DNA of 63,312 nucleotides, the filler included, from Chiloscyllium plagiosum (taxonomy: Eukaryota): NCBI RefSeq assembly GCF_004010195.1. It is 3 parts of one record of this genome, joined end to end, with 100 filler letters (N's around TTAATTAATTAA, not from the genome) between each part and the next. Parts side by side here need not be neighbours in the genome. Positions count along the whole stretch, not along the records: positions 1 to 30,029 come from NC_057712.1; 2 more parts are not named here. One strand, 5' to 3'. Positions 1-13,797 of the stretch are shown here, one piece after another; within the stretch, counting starts at the first letter, position 1; every line of letters begins with the position of its first letter. Below the pieces are notes generated by a model that did not search any database, was not told where the DNA came from, and saw nothing but the letters and a program-made list of their open reading frames with translations. Both the position numbers and the translations under genes were made by a program.

Positions 1-414
1 ATGCCTGCGGAATTCCTCTGGGCTTCGGGCTGACAGAGAGATAGAGAGAGAGAGAGAGAGAGAGGGAGCTCAGGGGCACCAGGAGATGTCGCTGTGAGCT
101 GACCCTGAGCTCTATGCAGTCGGCCAGATCCTCAGACAGTCCCTGTGAACAGCAGCAAGACCAGCTGGCAAACTGTGTCAGCAAACGGACTTCACCTCAG
201 TCACTAATCCCCTGCCAAAAAGTAAACAGTCTCGCCCTTTAACCCTCCCCTCGTTTATGGCTTAAACAGTAAGCAGTCAGTGAAGCTGAGCCCGACTGGG
301 AGGATTAACCCTTTCGCTCCCTCACTCCCATTTAGAGACTCTCTCTGTGCAGTCACTGACAGAGAGGATTATCCATTTCACATCCTATTCACATTTATTG
401 ACAGTCAGGAGATA

Positions 415-835
415 GTCTAGAGATGTACGGAAACAGGCCCTTTGGTCCAACCCGACCAGATATCCCAACCCAATCTAGTCCCACCTGCCAGCGCCCGGCC
501 CATATCCCTCCAAACCCTTCCTATTCATATACCCATCTAAATGCCTCTTAAATGTTGCAATTGTACCAGTCTCCACCACATCCTCTGGCAGCTCATTCCA
601 TACACGTACCACCCTCTGTGTGAAAACGTTGCCCCTTAGGTCTCTTTTATATCTTTCCCCTCTCACCCTAAACCTATGCCCTCTAGTTTTGGACTCCCCG
701 ACCCCAGGGAAAAGACTTTGCCTATTTATCCTATCCATGCCCCTCATAACTTTGTAAACCTCTATAAGGTCACCCCTCAGCCTCCAACATTCCAGGGAAA
801 ACAGCCCCAGCCTGTTCAGCCTCTCCCTGTAGCTT
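415..835 (-). mobile_element. CR1-clade LINE (HER1-like) 3' fragment
   Basis: RT C-terminus MRGMDR...TRGHRFRVRG...FTQRVVRVWNELP and the conserved 3' tail; repeated many times in the window. Confidence 0.9.
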
Positions 836-3800
836 AACCGAGAACTGAAGCTGTTAATTGTGGTCAGTCAGGATTACTATTAGGCCTCACAGTGTCTATT
901 CACCCTAATCCATGCCCCCTCATGATTTTATAAACCTCTACAAGGTCAGAGACTGACTAACCCTTTCACACTCATACCCTCCCATTGATGGTCAGCCGAC
1001 AGCGAGATCTGAACCGAGTAATTTAGCTCCTTCATGTTGGCCCAGTTCCAGGTGAGACCTGGTTACTGCGCAGTGTTCCCCGAATGGTCAGCCCCTGTTG
1101 TATTGCCACACTGGCCTGTAGGCTGGGGTCTGACTGACATCAGCTCATTTTCCAACTCAGACAGACCCTGGGCTCCTGCAGCACTCACCCTGAACTCATA
1201 AAATGGTGGAGCAGCAGGAGGTCATTCAGCCCATTGAGCCTGTTCTGTCAGTCAATGAGATTTTGGCTGATCAAATAATCCTCAACTCCATTTCCCTGCC
1301 TTTTCCCCATAACCCTCGCCGATTAAAAATCTATCCCTCGAATGTATTAAATATCCCAGTTTTTACAGCCCCCTGTGGTAAGGAATTCCAAAGACTCTAA
1401 AAGCGAAAGAGTTCCTCTCATGTTAAATGGGCAATTTCTGACCCTAAGATGATGCCCCCCTCTGTTCGGAGACTCTCCCACAAGGGGAGACAACCTCCCT
1501 GTATCTACCCTGTCAAACCCAGCCTTGCGATCTTATAAACTGCAATGAACACAAACTACTCAAGATCTCTCCATACGCTGGGGTCAGCCGAGTGTACCCT
1601 CCCTGGACTGCCTCCAACGCTGCTCTGTCTCTCTTTAGATTAGGGGAGCAAGACTGTTCACAATTCTCAAGCTAAATGGGTCCGTTCGCCAAGTCTGTCA
1701 ATGTCTATCTTTGTCTCTGACTGCAACAGACGGTCAGCATGTCACTGTTACTGTCTCTTGCAGCATCTCTTCTGCTGGGCCAGCTTTTTTCTGTCTTTAT
1801 GTTTACCTCCATCTGTCTGTGGGTTTTCAAATTGCTCTGTACCTGCCCCCTCTCCCTGTTTCTGTTCGGGTCTGTGTCTGTCCGTCGCTATCAATTTGTG
1901 TGCTGTCTGTTTTAGTCTGTGCCGGTCTGTGCAGCTCTGCATCAGTCTCTCAGACTGTGTTAGCCTGTTCTGTCCTGATGCGATCTCTGTCTGTCTGTCT
2001 GTTTCTCTCTCTGTTTCAGTTCGAGTCAGTGTCTACCCGGCTGTACTCATCCCTCAGTCTGTGTTGGTCTGTTTCAACCTGTCTCTGCCTGTGTCGATCT
2101 GTGCATGTCAGTTTCTCTGTCAGTTTCTGTGTGTGTGTGTGTGTGAATCTGTGCTTGTCTGTCGCAGTCTCTCTGACTGTAATTGTCTGTGCCAGTCCGT
2201 GTGTGACTGTATTCGCTTTGTTGGTGTAGTGTGCCTGTCTGCACCAGTCTGTCAGACTGTAGCGCCCTGGCTGGACGTGTAGCTGTGTCGGTCTGGAACA
2301 GTGCACAGATTTTTGTGACTCTCTCCCATACCTTGGTATGAGGGATCTGCAACAGTTTGAGTGTGTGTGTGTCTCTCTCTCTCTGTCTATCTGCTGCTCT
2401 CCCACCCTCTCCCAGACAATGCACGGCTTATATTTAAACCTCCACTGACTTTCAAATTGTGGAGAAACCATTTCCGTCTCACAGTGTGCAGGTTCAATAC
2501 TCATTCCAAACGTGCCTGGGGAGTATAGGAATGCCGAGAGAATCTTAATGATTAAACCACAAAGCACAATGAGCGCAGTATATCTCCCAGGATAGGACTG
2601 AGTCTAGCACACGCACACCCAGTTGCCTGTTCCCATATCGGACAGCTCACTCAGAGACTGAATGGAAAGTTTTAACTTGTCTGGCACTAATTTAATAGCC
2701 CGAACTCTTTGGAGACGTTAAACATTGTTCTTATATTACCGGACAAGTAATTGAGAATTCGGGACTAGTGGCCTGGAAAAAAAATGGAGTTAAATCTCCC
2801 GTTTGGGGAATTTACTGGTTAATTTGATAGCTCTCGCCGGGAAAGCGTTAGCAGTGGATCTATAGCCACTGGGTTGTTGTAAACACATCTGATTTACGAA
2901 TGTCACAGAGACATGAGTAAATGCTCTGGTGATTATGTGAGTCTGTCGATGAGGTTAGTCTAGCTACTGAGATCTATCACACTGTCAGGAGAGAGCATGA
3001 TGAGAAATAAAACTGAATAAAACAGTCCACCCTGTCCCCACAGACCCCCTGCAAGATTCCTTCTCATGCCATTCACCAGTTTAAACGTGGACTGTGTGGT
3101 TGTGAATTCTCTGTCTCTTTTAGCAATGCCCATACAAAGGCTGGTAAAATAGCTGCCCAAGGGTCTGGTGACTTCTGCTCAATTCTGCCCTGATTAATTC
3201 AGGCCCTACTGTTCCGAATGGCTTGGTCGCTGGCTGGTAATGAACGGACAGGCCCAACTGAAGACTTTCACACCTCTGTGGACTTAGCAAGTACTCGACC
3301 CGTGGGCCTCCAGACTTACCGCTCCCCCTGACACACTAGTTAACACCAGAGAGCTGGAGACATTGGGAAATGAGTCAGTTATGAGAAGGCGCAAATAACG
3401 GCCATCCAGTCTCTGTGGTGTACCAGTGTGAACACGTTCTGGGTAGTGGAGGTACTGAGCGTGGGACTGACACTGACGATAGGTGACAAATGTCCTTCCA
3501 CTCAGACCTTGCAGAAACCCAACTGGGAATCAACACAACATGAGGCACCATTCCTCCGGCCAGGATAACTGCACAGTTCCTAACAATGATGGAGAGGGAC
3601 ACATTCCCTTCCCTCTGTCGCGATGGAAACGCAGCCGGCACTTTGCCTGGAAATCCAGAGATTGCCAACGTCCCTTCTTCACCCCTGATCCCACACCCCA
3701 TCCAGGCCGGCACTGAGACCACTCAATCGGAACACAATTCATTTCTTGGGCTGTGTTACCACGGGCTTGCAGTATTCATCAGCATCCAGCTTTATTTGTG

Positions 3801-4689
3801 GGTGTGAAGGGGTGTGTGTGTGTGAGTGTGTGTGTGTGGGTGTGTGAGTGTGTGTGTGGGTGTGCATGTGTGTGTGTGGGTGTGTTTGTGTGGGTGTGTG
3901 AGTGTGNNNNNNNNNNNNNNNNNNNNNNNNNNNNNNNNNNNNNNNNNNNNNNNNNNNNNNNNNNNNNNNNNNNNNNNNNNNNNNNNNNNNNNNNNNNNNN
4001 NNNNNNNNNNNNNNNNNNNNNNNNNNNNNNNNNNNNNNNNNNNNNNNNNNNNNNNNNNNNNNNNNNNNNNNNNNNNNNNNNNNNNNNNNNNNNNNNNNNN
4101 NNNNNNNNNNNNNNNNNNNNNNNNNNNNNNNNNNNNNNNNNNNNNNNNNNNNNNNNNNNNNNNNNNNNNNNNNNNNNNNNNNNNNNNNNNNNNNNNNNNN
4201 NNNNNNNNNNNNNNNNNNNNNNNNNNNNNNNNNNNNNNNNNNNNNNNNNNNNNNNNNNNNNNNNNNNNNNNNNNNNNNNNNNNNNNNNNNNNNNNNNNNN
4301 NNNNNNNNNNNNNNNNNNNNNNNNNNNNNNNNNNNNNNNNNNNNNNNNNNNNNNNNNNNNNNNNNNNNNNNNNNNNNNNNNNNNNNNNNNNNNNNNNNNN
4401 NNNNNNNNNNNNNNNNNNNNNNNNNNNNNNNNNNNNNNNNNNNNNNNNNNNNNNNNNNNNNNNNNNNNNNNNNNNNNNNNNNNNNNNNNNNNNNNNNNNN
4501 NNNNNNNNNNNNNNNNNNNNNNNNNNNNNNNNNNNNNNNNNNNNNNNNNNNNNNNNNNNNNNNNNNNNNNNNNNNNNNNNNNNNNNNNNNNNNNNNNNNN
4601 NNNNNNNNNNNNNNNNNNNNNNNNNNTGTGTGTGTGAAGGGATGTGTGAGTGTGAGTGTGTGTGTGTGAAGGGGTGTGTGTGAGTGAGG

Positions 4690-4720
<31 letters not shown>

Positions 4721-5441
4721 TGAAGGGGTGTAAGAGTTCATTTGTGTTTTTTACATGAAAATCACCACCGTCGACAGTTTAAAATATTCCATCTCAGGCA
4801 CGTCTCGTTGTAGACAGTGAAGAGGTGAAGGCAAAGAGGAAAGATTATACCTCTCCGTCTCTCTCTCTCTCTCTCTCTCTCTTTGTGTTGGCTGGAACAT
4901 TACCTACATTCCATAATGTTATAACTACCCCATTGCTAACTCATTCTCAGACAACTGTAAGTAATGCTACTGCTTTCCTTTTCATCCTGTCCTTTGTTTT
5001 ACTCTGTAAGGTTTGTAAGCAGGTACTTGTACCTAACATGGGCCCAGTAAAAGGCAGCCATGATAAAACGTTTCACCGTACGCCTGTACAAGTGACAATG
5101 AAGGATATTCTGTTCTCTTCTTTTTGAACACACTCGCGAGGCATTGGTACAGCTGCCTGGGCCCAGCATTTATTGCCCGTCCCTAGTTGCCCCTCGCGAC
5201 AATGGTGGTGCTGTGGTGTAGGTTGACCCACAGGGAGCAGTTAGGAAGGCTTTTGACCCAGTGAACTGTCCCCAGAGGTGGGTATTACCCTCACATTAGA
5301 CAAGGAACCTCCTGTCATAGTCACACGCTTGGAATCACGCCTCACGCAAAATATCTGAGTCCACACACACACACACGATTTCCAGCTACGTCCTCTCCCA
5401 CCGCCAGGCGGGCAGGAGTTACGTGGAAACCCTCAACATCA

Positions 5442-5770
5442 GCACGGTGGCACAGTGGTTAGCACTGCTGCCTCACAGCGCCAGGGACCCGGGTTCAATT
5501 CCCGCCTCAGGCGACTGTCTGTGTGGAGTTTGCACGTTCTCCCCGTGTCTGCGTGGGTTTGCCCGGGGTGCTCCGGTTTCCTCCCACAGTCCAAAGATGT
5601 GCAGGTTAGGTGAATTGGCCATGCTAAATTGCCCGTAGTGTGCAGGCGCCATAGTCAGGGGTAAATATAGGCTTGGGGAATGGGTCTGGGTGGGTTACTC
5701 TTCGGAGGGTCGGTGTGGATTGGTTGGGCAGAAGGGCCTGTGTCCATCCTGTAGGGAATCTAATCGAATC
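5442..5770 (+). mobile_element. tRNA-derived V-SINE (HE1-like)
   Basis: A box GGTGGCACAGTGG, B box GGTTCAATTCC, V-domain GTGTGGAGTTTGCACGTTCTCCCCGTGTCTGCGTGGGTTT, LINE-like 3' tail. Confidence 0.9.
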
Positions 5771-6541
5771 AGCTTTGGACCCACATCTAACGTGAGCAAC
5801 GGTTCAGTGTGGGTTAAGCCACAGTTGGATTTGGGACTGAGATGCGGAGAAATGGCTTCACCCAGAGAGTGGGGCGCCGGTGGGATTCCCTGCTATGGAA
5901 GGCAGCTGCAGGGCTAAAACATTGAATATTTTCATGTTAGGCATGGTTCTTCAGACTGAATGGATCAAAGGATATTGGGGGTGGGGGAGAAAGTGGGAAG
6001 AGGGGATTGTGCTGGATGCTCAGCCAATGACCATATTGAATGGTAGAACAGGCTCGAAGGGCCGAATAGCCTACTCAGCTCCCACTGCCTGCGTTTCCCG
6101 CATTGCGCTGAGCTCCTCCATCCGACCCTGGGGAAACCTTGCAGTCTGGATCGGCAACTTGGATCTCCTGGGTGGGATCTGAACCCACAACTGAAGGGGT
6201 GAGGGTGTTGGTTGCAATCCGGTTCAGCCCTAGGCCGGAGCTGAGGCAAGTTGTCCTCCTGAAGGTGCCACAAGATACCACTGCAGATGTCTTTATTGGA
6301 GCGACAGTATTTCCCGATGGGAACGCTGAAGGTTAAAAGCAAAACAACATTCCTTGTGCATATTTGTGTTAGACCACAATGGGCAGGGGAGAGCAGTGTT
6401 GGACAATTGTTGAGCAACTGGTGGTAACCAGGGCTGAACACAACCACGTCAAGCAATTGGATTTCCTGGTAATCTTACACCATCCCACACGAAGGCTTTT
6501 GTCCAGGAATTAGGAGGGCCTGCTCCCAGATTTGTGGGAAA

Positions 6542-6862
6542 TTAGATTAGATTAGATTACTTACAGTGTGGAAACAGGCCCTTCGGCCCAACAAGTCCAC
6601 ACCGACCCGCCGAAGCACAACCCACCCAGACCCATTCCCCTACATTTACCCCTGCACCTAACACTACGGGCAATTTAGCACGGCCAATACACCTGACCTG
6701 CACATCTTTGGACTGTGGGAGGAAACCGGAGCACCCGGAGGAAACCCACGCAGACACGGGGAGAATGTGCAAACTCCACACAGTCAGTCGCCTGAGGCAG
6801 GAATTGAACCCGGGTCTCTGGCGCTGTGAGGCAGCAGTGCTAACCACTGTGCTACCGTGCCG
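6542..6862 (-). mobile_element. HE1-like SINE
   Basis: Reverse complement of the same SINE, with (TAATC)n tail. Confidence 0.9.
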
Positions 6863-9382
6863 CTCACAAATCAGCGCCAGCTTTGTTACAATTCTGAAGT
6901 CCTCCCCACCCTTACCCCACCGTCCCTCATGCCATTTCCCACAAGCCCCTTAGGGTGTTACCCACAATCCCCTGCTCACCAAAATCACCCTCACCCTGTA
7001 ACTGGTAATCCCTCACCACTCTCGCCCAAGATACCACAGCTCTCCCCCCGCCCCACCAGATCCCTCCATTACACACNNNNNNNNNNNNNNNNNNNNNNNN
7101 NNNNNNNNNNNNNNNNNNNNNNNNNNNNNNNNNNNNNNNNNNNNNNNNNNNNNNNNNNNNNNNNNNNNNNNNNNNNNNNNNNNNNNNNNNNNNNNNNNNN
7201 NNNNNNNNNNNNNNNNNNNNNNNNNNNNNNNNNNNNNNNNNNNNNNNNNNNNNNNNNNNNNNNNNNNNNNNNNNNNNNNNNNNNNNNNNNNNNNNNNNNN
7301 NNNNNNNNNNNNNNNNNNNNNNNNNNNNNNNNNNNNNNNNNNNNNNNNNNNNNNNNNNNNNNNNNNNNNNNNNNNNNNNNNNNNNNNNNNNNNNNNNNNN
7401 NNNNNNNNNNNNNNNNNNNNNNNNNNNNNNNNNNNNNNNNNNNNNNNNNNNNNNNNNNNNNNNNNNNNNNNNNNNNNNNNNNNNNNNNNNNNNNNNNNNN
7501 NNNNNNNNNNNNNNNNNNNNNNNNNNNNNNNNNNNNNNNNNNNNNNNNNNNNNNNNNNNNNNNNNNNNNNNNNNNNNNNNNNNNNNNNNNNNNNNNNNNN
7601 NNNNNNNNNNNNNNNNNNNNNNNNNNNNNNNNNNNNNNNNNNNNNNNNNNNNNNNNNNNNNNNNNNNNNNNNNNNNNNNNNNNNNNNNNNNNNNNNNNNN
7701 NNNNNNNNNNNNNNNNNNNNNNNNNNNNNNNNNNNNNNNNNNNNNNNNNNNNNNNNNNNNNNNNNNNNNNNNNNNNNNNNNNNNNNNNNNNNNNNNNNNN
7801 NNNNNNNNNNNNNNNNNNNNNNNNCCCCCCGTCCCACCCCCACTACCGCGCTCCCTTCCATTACCCCACTCTTCCCATCACTTCCTGACCACACTTGGCG
7901 AAGTGCCCTCCCTCATTTCTCGATCATTCCACGCCTGGGGCCCGAGCAGAACAGAGGCAGCGTTTGATGAAATCCTGTGTTTGGATTCACAGGCCCAGAC
8001 AACAGGTTTCTCTTTATTGTGAAGGTCAAGGTACATCACCAGTTGGCGTTAGAGACCTTCGGTCATGGTAACTGAGGCGCTGGCACCCGCGGCTGTGAAT
8101 ACACCGAGACCAGTGCCTCGTCTGGTCATTGCTCCCTCTTAAAATGATCAAAGGTTAATGTCCCAAAGCCTGTCAGTTGTCAGCCTTGATGTCACGAAGA
8201 TAGAGAAGCTCAGATTGAGGAAATCGAGACCCTGAACATCACACAGAACTGATCGGCCCAAGCAGCTAGGACCGGTTTATCTACACTGTCTACATCAAAT
8301 ACTCCCAGGATGCAGTTCGACACGAGTAAAGTTCCCTCTGCAATTTCTCCATCAAAAACTCCCAGGACAGGGGTTAGATACAGAATAAAGCCTCCTCTGT
8401 ACTTTTCTACTGAAACGTGAAACTGTTTCTACCCTTTCAAACTGAAAGTAAATGGAAAGTAAAGCTTTTTTGACGCTGCATCCCCCCATCAAATACTCCC
8501 AGGACAGGGAGAGTGTTGTAGCGTGGCCCTTTCTAGCCAATGGTTTCTCTGCTGAAGAATAAATTCCACAAGCCTGAAGCTAAATATTTCTCGAGGGTGC
8601 TGAAAGAGTGCATTGTGGTGGGGGTGGGCCGAGGGGAGCGGTGCAGGCCGGAGGGAGCCTGGAGGTTTGAGGTAGTCTTACAGAGTACTCACACAGACAC
8701 AGAGCCTCTGTGGGCGACACAGCAGCTCTCCCAGCAGCAGAAACAGGACTCCAATTGTACCCGTTCGGGGAGAAAGGGGGGAGGGAAAGGAGGGAGAGAG
8801 GGAAGACCAGCCGCCGACACTGCAACCTACCAGGAGCCGAGGCTTTGGATAGGCCAGGCCGAGGCAGAGCCTGATCTCCAGCCTCAGGTGCACAGCGGTG
8901 GGCCCCCCAGCTGAAGGGAAATGGGTGTGGTGCAGGGGCCCTGGGCAGAGGAGCCCCTTGTAGGAGGCATGGTGGGGTGATGGAGTCACCCGCTCGCCTC
9001 GTCACTCAGCCCAGAATGTCCGCAGCTCCTGGGAATCCGGGCGTTGTCGGCGGTAACAAGGGCAGACCACACATTCGCCTCACATACGTGGACCTCAGTG
9101 CGGGTTACCCGCTCCGTCCCGGCACCATGCGTTGACAGCACAGTCGCTGAGGCAGCACCCAGGTGGGCTCTACAGGCAACGGAGAAACTCTGACATCGGC
9201 TTCAGTAGGAAACAGACCCTCTGACAGTGCAGCACTCCCTCAGTACTGACCCTCTGACAGTGCAGCACTCCCTCAGTACTAACCCTCTGGCAGTGCGACA
9301 TTTGTGGATTCGTTGAGATGTACAGCACATAAACTGACACTTTGGTCGAACTCCTCCACGTCGACCAGGCATCTTAAGATAA

Positions 9383-9880
9383 TCTAGTCCCACCTACCAG
9401 CACCCGGCCCATATCCCTCCAAACCCTTCCTATTCATATACCCATCCAAATGCCTCTTAAATGTTGTANNNNNNNNNNNNNNNNNNCATTCCATACATGT
9501 ACCACCCTCTGGGTGAAAAAGTTGCACCGTAGGTCTCTTTTATATCTTTCCCCTCTCACCCTAAACCTATGCCCTCTAGTTCTGGACTCCCCGACCCCAG
9601 GGAAAAGGATTTGTCTGTTTACCCTGTCCATGCCTCTCATGATATTGTCAACATCTATCAGGTCACCCCTCAGCCTCCGACACTCCAGGGAAAACAGCCC
9701 CAGCCTGTTCAGCCTCACCCTGTAGCTCAAATCCTCCAAACCTGGCAACATCCTTGTAAATCTTTTCTGAACCCTTTCCAGTTTGACCATGTCCTTCCTG
9801 TAGCTAGGAGAAATCAACGTAATATACCAACAGTGGCCTAACCAATGTCCTGTACGGCCGCAAAATGACTTCACAACTCC
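9383..9880 (-). mobile_element. CR1/HER1 LINE 3' fragment
   Basis: LERVQKRFTRMLPGL...RRLRGDL...TRGH in the minus-strand ORF. Confidence 0.9.
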
Positions 9881-10524
9881 TGTCCCCTCAGGACTGACAC
9901 TTTTCACCACCCCTTGACTGAATCCCTCCCTCAACCCCACCCCAATTCAGCTCTTGAGTCTTTTCGCAAATCCTTCTCTGACCCATCCCGTTCCTCCTAG
10001 CCCTCTCCAAGTCCCTACCTGAATTCTTCTCCAACTTTTCCCCTTACCCACTGGTAACCCCGCTGTCACCTTTTTGCTGCAACCTCCTGACCCTTATTGT
10101 AAATTCTCCACTGACTCTTCCTCAATAACACTTCCCTTAATCCCGTCACCCTGCCCCGGCTATAATCTCCATGATGCTCCAACTGACTGGAACCCAACTG
10201 TCAAACTCACCTCTCACCAATGTGCCCAGAATTGGCATCCCCCAAGTTCAAAAGTACTCTGGGTTCTTTCTCCCCATGTCAAATCTCCAATGTCTCACGG
10301 CGAGGGAGAGAAACTCCGTCAGGTAAGAAAGGATGGACATTTCTCGAATATTTTGACCGTGCAGTTAGCAGCAGGCCCCCCTCCATCTCACGGCGAGGTT
10401 CACTGCATCTGGGTGACGAGTTGTAGTCCAACTCCATCACACAAAGGTGGGTCTCATACTAGGCCGTGGGGCGTCAAGGCAATTTCTTTATTTTTAATTC
10501 TTGAGTTTTCTTGTCCTTTTCCAC

Positions 10525-10970
10525 ACTGTAAGAAACTACAGAAGTTGGTGTGTACCGTCCAGACCATCGCGGAAGCCTACCGTCCACCCATAGACTCCAT
10601 TTGCATGGCTCGTTGCCGTGAAAAGGCTGCCAACACCATCAAAGACCCATCGCACGTCGGTAATGATCTCCTCAAACCCCTTCTGACAGGCAGAAAATTC
10701 AGAAGCTTGAACACACACACACACACCAGCAGGTTCAGGAACAGCTCCTTCCCGACTGTTCTTAGACTGATGAATGGACCCTCTAGTCTCAAATAATTCT
10801 GACCTTGCTAACGTTGCTTGTGCCTGGTGTACCCCCCTGTGCAGTGTAAACCATATGTCTGTGTCTGAGTCTCTTTGATCTGTACATCCTTGCTTACCGC
10901 GATCTGTCTGTATTGCTTGTAAACGAAGATTTTCACTGTAGCTCAGTACATGTGACAATCAATCAATCAG
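10525..10970 (+). mobile_element. Rex1/Babar-like LINE 3' end
   Basis: KAANTIKDPSH...LLTGRKFRSL...TSRFRNSSFP resembles the Rex1/Babar RT C-terminus; (AATC)n tail at about 10957-10968. Confidence 0.65.
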
Positions 10971-11639
10971 TATCAATAACTTAGATTAATACCATTAAGA
11001 AGGTTTGGAGGCAAAGACTCTACCCATGATGGTCCAGGTGGATATGACCATAACATATGGCAAATTGGCAGTGCATGTACCTGAAAATATACCACTCCTT
11101 AGAAGCACTCTTACTGGAGCTGGCAAAATGGTGTACCTCATAATGCTTCAGTCAGTACATGTTGCACGGATGATTTTGTCCATTCTGAACAGCATCCAGT
11201 CAGACGTTAACTCTGTTTCTCTCTGCGGCTGCTGCCTGTGCTGATGAGAGCTTCCAGTGTTTCCTGCTTTGGTTCAGCTCCAAGACATTGGTCGGGGTGA
11301 GTTTGGAATGACTGAGGTTAACCAGGTGGACTGAGACTGGAGGGGAACGGTGTGAATCTCATGTTGACAAGGATGGCTGCCTGTTCCTATAACTTGGTTG
11401 CCATTGTGAACCCTGTTTGTGCCGCCTGTGTTCCACTGGTGTGCAGGCGACCTGGAGACGAGGCGTGCTTTACAAGGGAAGCTGGCTGGGTTTGTGAACC
11501 AGGGCCCAATTACCAATGACAAAGGTCGCTTGCCTGAACAGCTTGGGCTGGGAACAAGACAGAGATCAGCTCGTCGGGACTGAGCCCAGTAGGTCTGCAG
11601 CAGCCAAGAGCTCTCTCTCTGATCTCTGCAGTAAGAGAT

Positions 11640-13260
11640 TAAAATACCTCAATGACACCTCAAAGGCTACAGGCCCTGATGATATTCCAGCAATAGTCCT
11701 GAAGTCTTGTACTCCAGAACTTGGCGTTGACATAGCCAAGCTGCTCCAACACTGGTATCTACCTGATAATGGAAAAAAGTTTCTTAGGTATGAGCAGGAC
11801 AAATCCAACCAAGCCAACTGCCATCCCATTACTCTCAATCATCAGGAAAGTGATGGAAGGGGGTCACCAACAGTGTTATCGAGCATCGGCTGCTCAGCAA
11901 TAACCTGCTCAGTAACGTCCAGGACCACTCAGCTCCTGACCTCATTACAGCCTTGGTTCATACATGGACAAAAGAGCTGAATCCCAGGGGGGAGGGGAGA
12001 GGGACAGCCCCTGACGCCAAGGCTGCATTCGACCGAGTGTGGCATCAAGGAGCCCTGGCAAAACTGGAATCGATGGGTATCAGAGGGCAAACTCGCCAGT
12101 GGTTACCTGGCACATAGGGGGATGGTCAGGACTGTTGGAGGTCAGTCATCTCAGCTCCAGGACATCTCTGCAGGAGTTCCTCAGGGTAGCGTCCAAGGTC
12201 CAACCATCCCTTCAGCTGCTTCATCAATGCCCTTCCCTCCATCCAATGATTGCACAGTGTTCAGCACTGTTCATGACTCCTTAGATACTGAAGTAGTCTG
12301 TGTCCAAATGCAATATCTGGGCCTGGGCTGACAAATAGCAAGTGGGTGGCACGGTGGCACAGTGGTTAGCACTGCTGCCTCACAGCGCCGGAGACCCGGG
12401 TTCAATTCCCGCCTCAGGCGACTGACTGTGTGGAGTTCGCACGTTCTCCCCGTGTCTGTGTGGGTTTCCTCTGGGTGCTCCGGTTTCCTCCCACAGTCCA
12501 AAGATGTGCAGGTCAGGTGAATTGGCCATGCTAAATTGCCCGTAGTGTTAGGTATAGGGGTAAATGTAGGGGTATGGGTGGGTTGCGCTTCGGCGGGTTG
12601 GTGGGGACTTGTTGGGCCGAAGGGCCTGTTTCCACACTGTAATGTAATCTAAACCTAAATCAATGTGCATGCCACAGATATGGACTATTCCCAACAAGAT
12701 CGATTCAATCATCCTTTCACCCTCATTATAACCATCACTGAATCCCCCACTAACCACATCCTGGGGGTTTACCATGGTCCATAGACTAGACAAATAGGTA
12801 TTGTGACTACAAGAGCAGGTCAGAGGCTAGGAACCCTGGAATGAGTAACTCACCTGCTGACTCCCCCAGCCTGCCCACCATCTCCAAGGCACAAGTCAGG
12901 AGGGTGGTGGAATACTCCCCAGTTGCCTGGTTAGGTACAGCCCCAACAACACTCAAGAAGCCCGACACCATCCGGGACAAAGCAGCCCCCCCCCCCGCTT
13001 GATTGGCCCCACACCCACAAGCACCCACTCCGTCCCTCCCCCACCGACACTCAGTAACAGCCGTGTGTACTATCTACAAGACACACTGCAGACATTCACC
13101 AAAGATCCTCAGGCAGCACCTTCCAAACCCAGGGCCACTAGAAGGACAAGGACAGCAGATACATGGGAACACCACCATCATCAAGTTCCCCTCTAAGTCA
13201 CTCACCATGCTGACTTGGAAATATATCGCCGTTCTTTCACTGTCGCTGGGTCAAGGTCCT
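11640..13260 (+). mobile_element. Degenerate non-LTR retrotransposon RT (CR1/L2 group), interrupted by a SINE
   Basis: KATGPDDIPAIVLKSC, then DISAGVPQGSVQGP, with frameshifts. SINE inserted at about 12346-12655. Confidence 0.75.
12346..12655 (+). mobile_element. HE1-like SINE
   Basis: Full-length match to the other copies. Confidence 0.9.
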
Positions 13261-13549
13261 GGTGGGTCCCTTGCTAACAGGCCTGTATGTATACTGACAC
13301 CAGCTACCCTGCAGTGAGGGAAATACTGACCAGCAATACTCACAGAATACACCGAGAGAGAACTTGTGGCTATTTGGGAACATGAATCACCTTCCAGCTG
13401 CTGAGGAACACAGGCAGTGCAAACTCTTAGTGGGCTCTCTGTCCCAGATGCTGCCCGACTTAGTGATTATTCCCAGAACATGGAGTTTATTTCAGACCCT
13501 CATCATCAGAAGCAGCACATTACCTTGGGAAGGGGGCAAGATGAAATAG

Positions 13550-13682
13550 CTAGATAGAGAGCTCGATGGATAGATAGAGAGCTAGATAGAGAGATAGATA
13601 GAGAGCTCGCTGGATAGATAGAGGCTCGATAGAGAGATAGAGAGCTCGATGGAGAGATAGATAGAGAGATCGAGAGATAGAG

Positions 13683-13756
<74 letters not shown>

Positions 13757-13797
13757 GTAGACAGAAGGATAGGTAGATAGTTAGATATTTGGAGATA
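13550..13797. repeat. (GATA)n microsatellite
   Basis: Pure GATA run with degenerate flank, abutting a gap. Confidence 0.95.

Noticed and set aside
1701..2567. Cys/Val/Ser-rich ORFs
   Set aside because: Derived from TG/TC low-complexity sequence.
5442..5515. tRNA genes at SINE heads
   Set aside because: A and B boxes continue into the V-SINE body and LINE-like tail; many dispersed copies.
8540..9200. GC-rich ORFs as a gene or Harbinger-like transposase remnant
   Set aside because: No recognisable domain or consistent splice structure; any resemblance is too weak without a profile search.
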